Positions 17,830-20,000 of a DNA stretch of 20,000 bases are shown here, in pieces. The notes under the pieces were generated by a model, which was not told the DNA's origin, ran no database searches, and saw only the letters and a program-made list of their open reading frames with translations. Position 1 is the first letter of the stretch; the number at the start of each line of letters is the position of its first letter. Made by a program: the position numbers and the translations under genes. Origin of the DNA: Picochlorum sp. SENEW3 (taxonomy: Eukaryota); the NCBI GenBank assembly GCA_034226945.1, contig CP120455.1, forward strand, positions 1,237,192 to 1,257,191, in the 5' to 3' direction.

Positions 17830-19768
17830 TGTTGTTGTGAAACAAAGACAATACTTTTCTCGTTCTTTCTCGTTTCATTTCATGTCTTTTATTTATTCAT
17901 TGTTTTCATATATTATACTACTACTACTATTACTATTACACCTCTCTCTCTCAATCTCTCAGATGTTGTCTGTGAGTCTATCCTATCTCTCTCCAGGTTG
18001 TTCTCTTCTCTTGTTGTGTGTTTGGTTCTGTTGTGTCCTGTTCCTGTTATTGTTGGTTGCTTGGTCGTGTCGATTGTTGTTGTGTATGTTCTTATCATTA
18101 TCATTATCAATGAGGAGTATTATGAGCTATTTTCTTTCGATTGCTTTGCGTCGTCTTTGTTGGTCTGCTGTTTCTTTTGGTGTAGTAGGAGGAGCAGATC
18201 TTGTTGTGTGCCGTGTCTTTTTTGTCCTTGTTGCTGTATATATAAGGGTTCTTCTTATTATAATTCTTCTTCTTTCATATGTTGTCTATATTGTTGTTTT
18301 GGTTGGTGTGTGTTTTTTTTTGGTTAGGGTATTTTGGTCTTGTTGGGGTTGTTTTTTTTGGATTTATTTTGGATTTTTGTGATGTTTTTTGTTTTTATGA
18401 TAGATTATTTTTGTATTATTAGGAAATTGTGTTTGTTTGTCGCGTGGCAGTGTGGACGTGTGGTTGATATTGGCTTATTTACCCTCATTACCCTCCTGCC
18501 AAGAACGACGGTATGCACAGGGTATAGGGTATAGGGAGCAATACGTAACTGAACGAAGTACTGATCCTAATTGCAACTCATCGAGGTCTATGTAAGTCCA
18601 AGTAAGTACGTGCCTCGCATGATGATGATATTGAGAGATGCTCCAGCATTGCAGCTTGCTGCAATGTTACTCTGGTGTTTGTCTCAAGCTGTGCTTGTTG
18701 TTTTTGTTGTGAAGACGACGATTTCTTTTCATTTTATTCTTGTTTCATGTCTTCTATTTATTGTATTTATATATACTACGACTATTATACCTCTCTCTAT
18801 CTCATATGTATGTTGTCTGTGTAGGGAGTGGCTCCTGGTTCTTCTTCTTGTGTGCATGAGACTTGTGTGCTTTGTTCTGTTCTGTTATTATTGGTTGGTA
18901 TTATTGCTCATTGTGGATTGTTGGTGTGCATGTTAATTATCATTATTACTACTGACATGAGATATTTACTTTCTTCTACTTTTGATTGCTGCTTCTTTGT
19001 TGGTGTGTTCTCTTGTATTGTAGCAGTAGCAGATCTAGTGGTGTCAGAGGAGTAGTAGTTTGGTGGTGCGACACTTTGATGAGTGCTTTTTAAAACTATA
19101 CTATACAACACCCTTTTATTTTGTGTATTGGCTTGGTTGGTATATTTTGGTGGTGGTCCCAGTCAAGTCAAGGGGTGATAGGAGAAGATCGCCATTCTTG
19201 TTGTCCCGAGAAACCCTCTTCTTCAGACATGTGGCAGCAGACCTGTTTGATGTTTTGCCCTGGTTGTGCGACGTTTTTTTACTGATGGGTGAGTATTATT
19301 ATTGGTATTCTTCTTCTCCTTCTTACTTACTTACTTACTTAATATTGTGTCCTTCTGTTGATGTTGCTGTTGTTGTTGTGAAAAAGGACAGAGATTCTTT
19401 TCATTCATGCATAGCATAGTATAGTATAGATTGTTGTTGTGTCATTATGATTATTATGAGATTTTTATCTTTTGATTTTGGTTTTGCTTTGCAATTTTTT
19501 GTGTTGGTTGCTGTTGTTGTTGTTGTCTTCTCTTGTTGTTGTAGTAGGAGGAGGAGGAGGAGGTGGTAGTAGCAGGATTGCGGTGTGCCGTGTCTTTTGT
19601 TGTTGTCGTTGTTGTTGTTGTATATATAGTATAGGTGCTTATTATACTACTTATTATTCTTCTTGATATTGTATTGTATATTCTCGTTCTTTTGGTGGTG
19701 TTTTTGGATGTTTTTTTGGTTGGTGTGTTTTTTGGTTAGGTATTTTGGTCTTGTTGGTGGTGTTTTTC
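17830..19768. repeat. G/T-skewed low-complexity tail of unit IV (double: restarts at ~18570 with a module-B tail fragment)
   Basis: 17813-18378 matches the unit II tail; ~18690-19730 matches the unit I tail. Confidence 0.88.
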
Positions 19769-20000
19769 TCCGAGTGGGTCCGTCGCATCTCGCACGCGGG
19801 CCGCGGGGGCCCGGCCGAGGCGGTCGCGCTCCTCCGGTCCGACCGGGCCTCCGACCGGGCCACTCGATCCACTTCAGAGGACGCGGCGGACGATTAGGGC
19901 AATGGCCCCTCGCGAGCTCGTTAGGGTATTTTCGGCGGTCGGGGGCCCCCAACGCCGCCTGGCCGGCCGTGTTTCCGCCTCCCCGACATCCTCGCCGCAT
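19769..20000. repeat. GC-rich terminal module, copy 3 (runs off the window)
   Basis: Near-identical to 12541-12772. It ends in TCCTCGCCGCAT, the start of the 165-bp minisatellite monomer. Confidence 0.92.

Noticed and set aside
7281..19666. Many Leu/Val/Cys/Phe-rich (+) and Thr/Asn/Gln/Lys-rich (-) ORFs in the low-complexity tails
   Set aside because: They are by-products of TTG/GTT-type triplet repeats, have no domain signatures, mostly use non-ATG starts and have inconsistent frames between paralogs.
3580..20000. Autonomous transposon or retroelement ORF, or a true telomere tract
   Set aside because: No RT (YxDD), DDE, HUH/helicase or tyrosine-recombinase motifs in the listed ORFs; TTAGGG occurs only as isolated hexamers.

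Overview
Eukaryotic window, most likely a compact-genome green alga (Trebouxiophyceae/Picochlorum-like; inferred from a plant-type presenilin, tiny intergenic gaps and few introns). Bases 1-3500 hold three housekeeping genes: an intronless presenilin (+), a spinster-like MFS transporter (-) and a two-exon LSm1 (-). About 90 bp upstream of the LSm1 ATG the sequence switches to ~16.4 kb of repeats with no recognisable gene. This region is an ordered, same-orientation, head-to-tail array of 3-4 kb composite units. Three units start at an identical sharp GC-rich terminus (TCCGAGTGGGTC, followed by paired TTAGGG motifs). Two carry a nucleosome-sized tandem array (160 bp with a 4-mer higher-order structure, or 165 bp). 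All share conserved hairpin-bearing modules and end in a G/T-skewed trinucleotide low-complexity tail cut at a different point each time. The layout resembles a subtelomere built by repeated addition of a non-autonomous element. No reverse transcriptase, transposase or terminal telomere tract is visible, so that model is inference.
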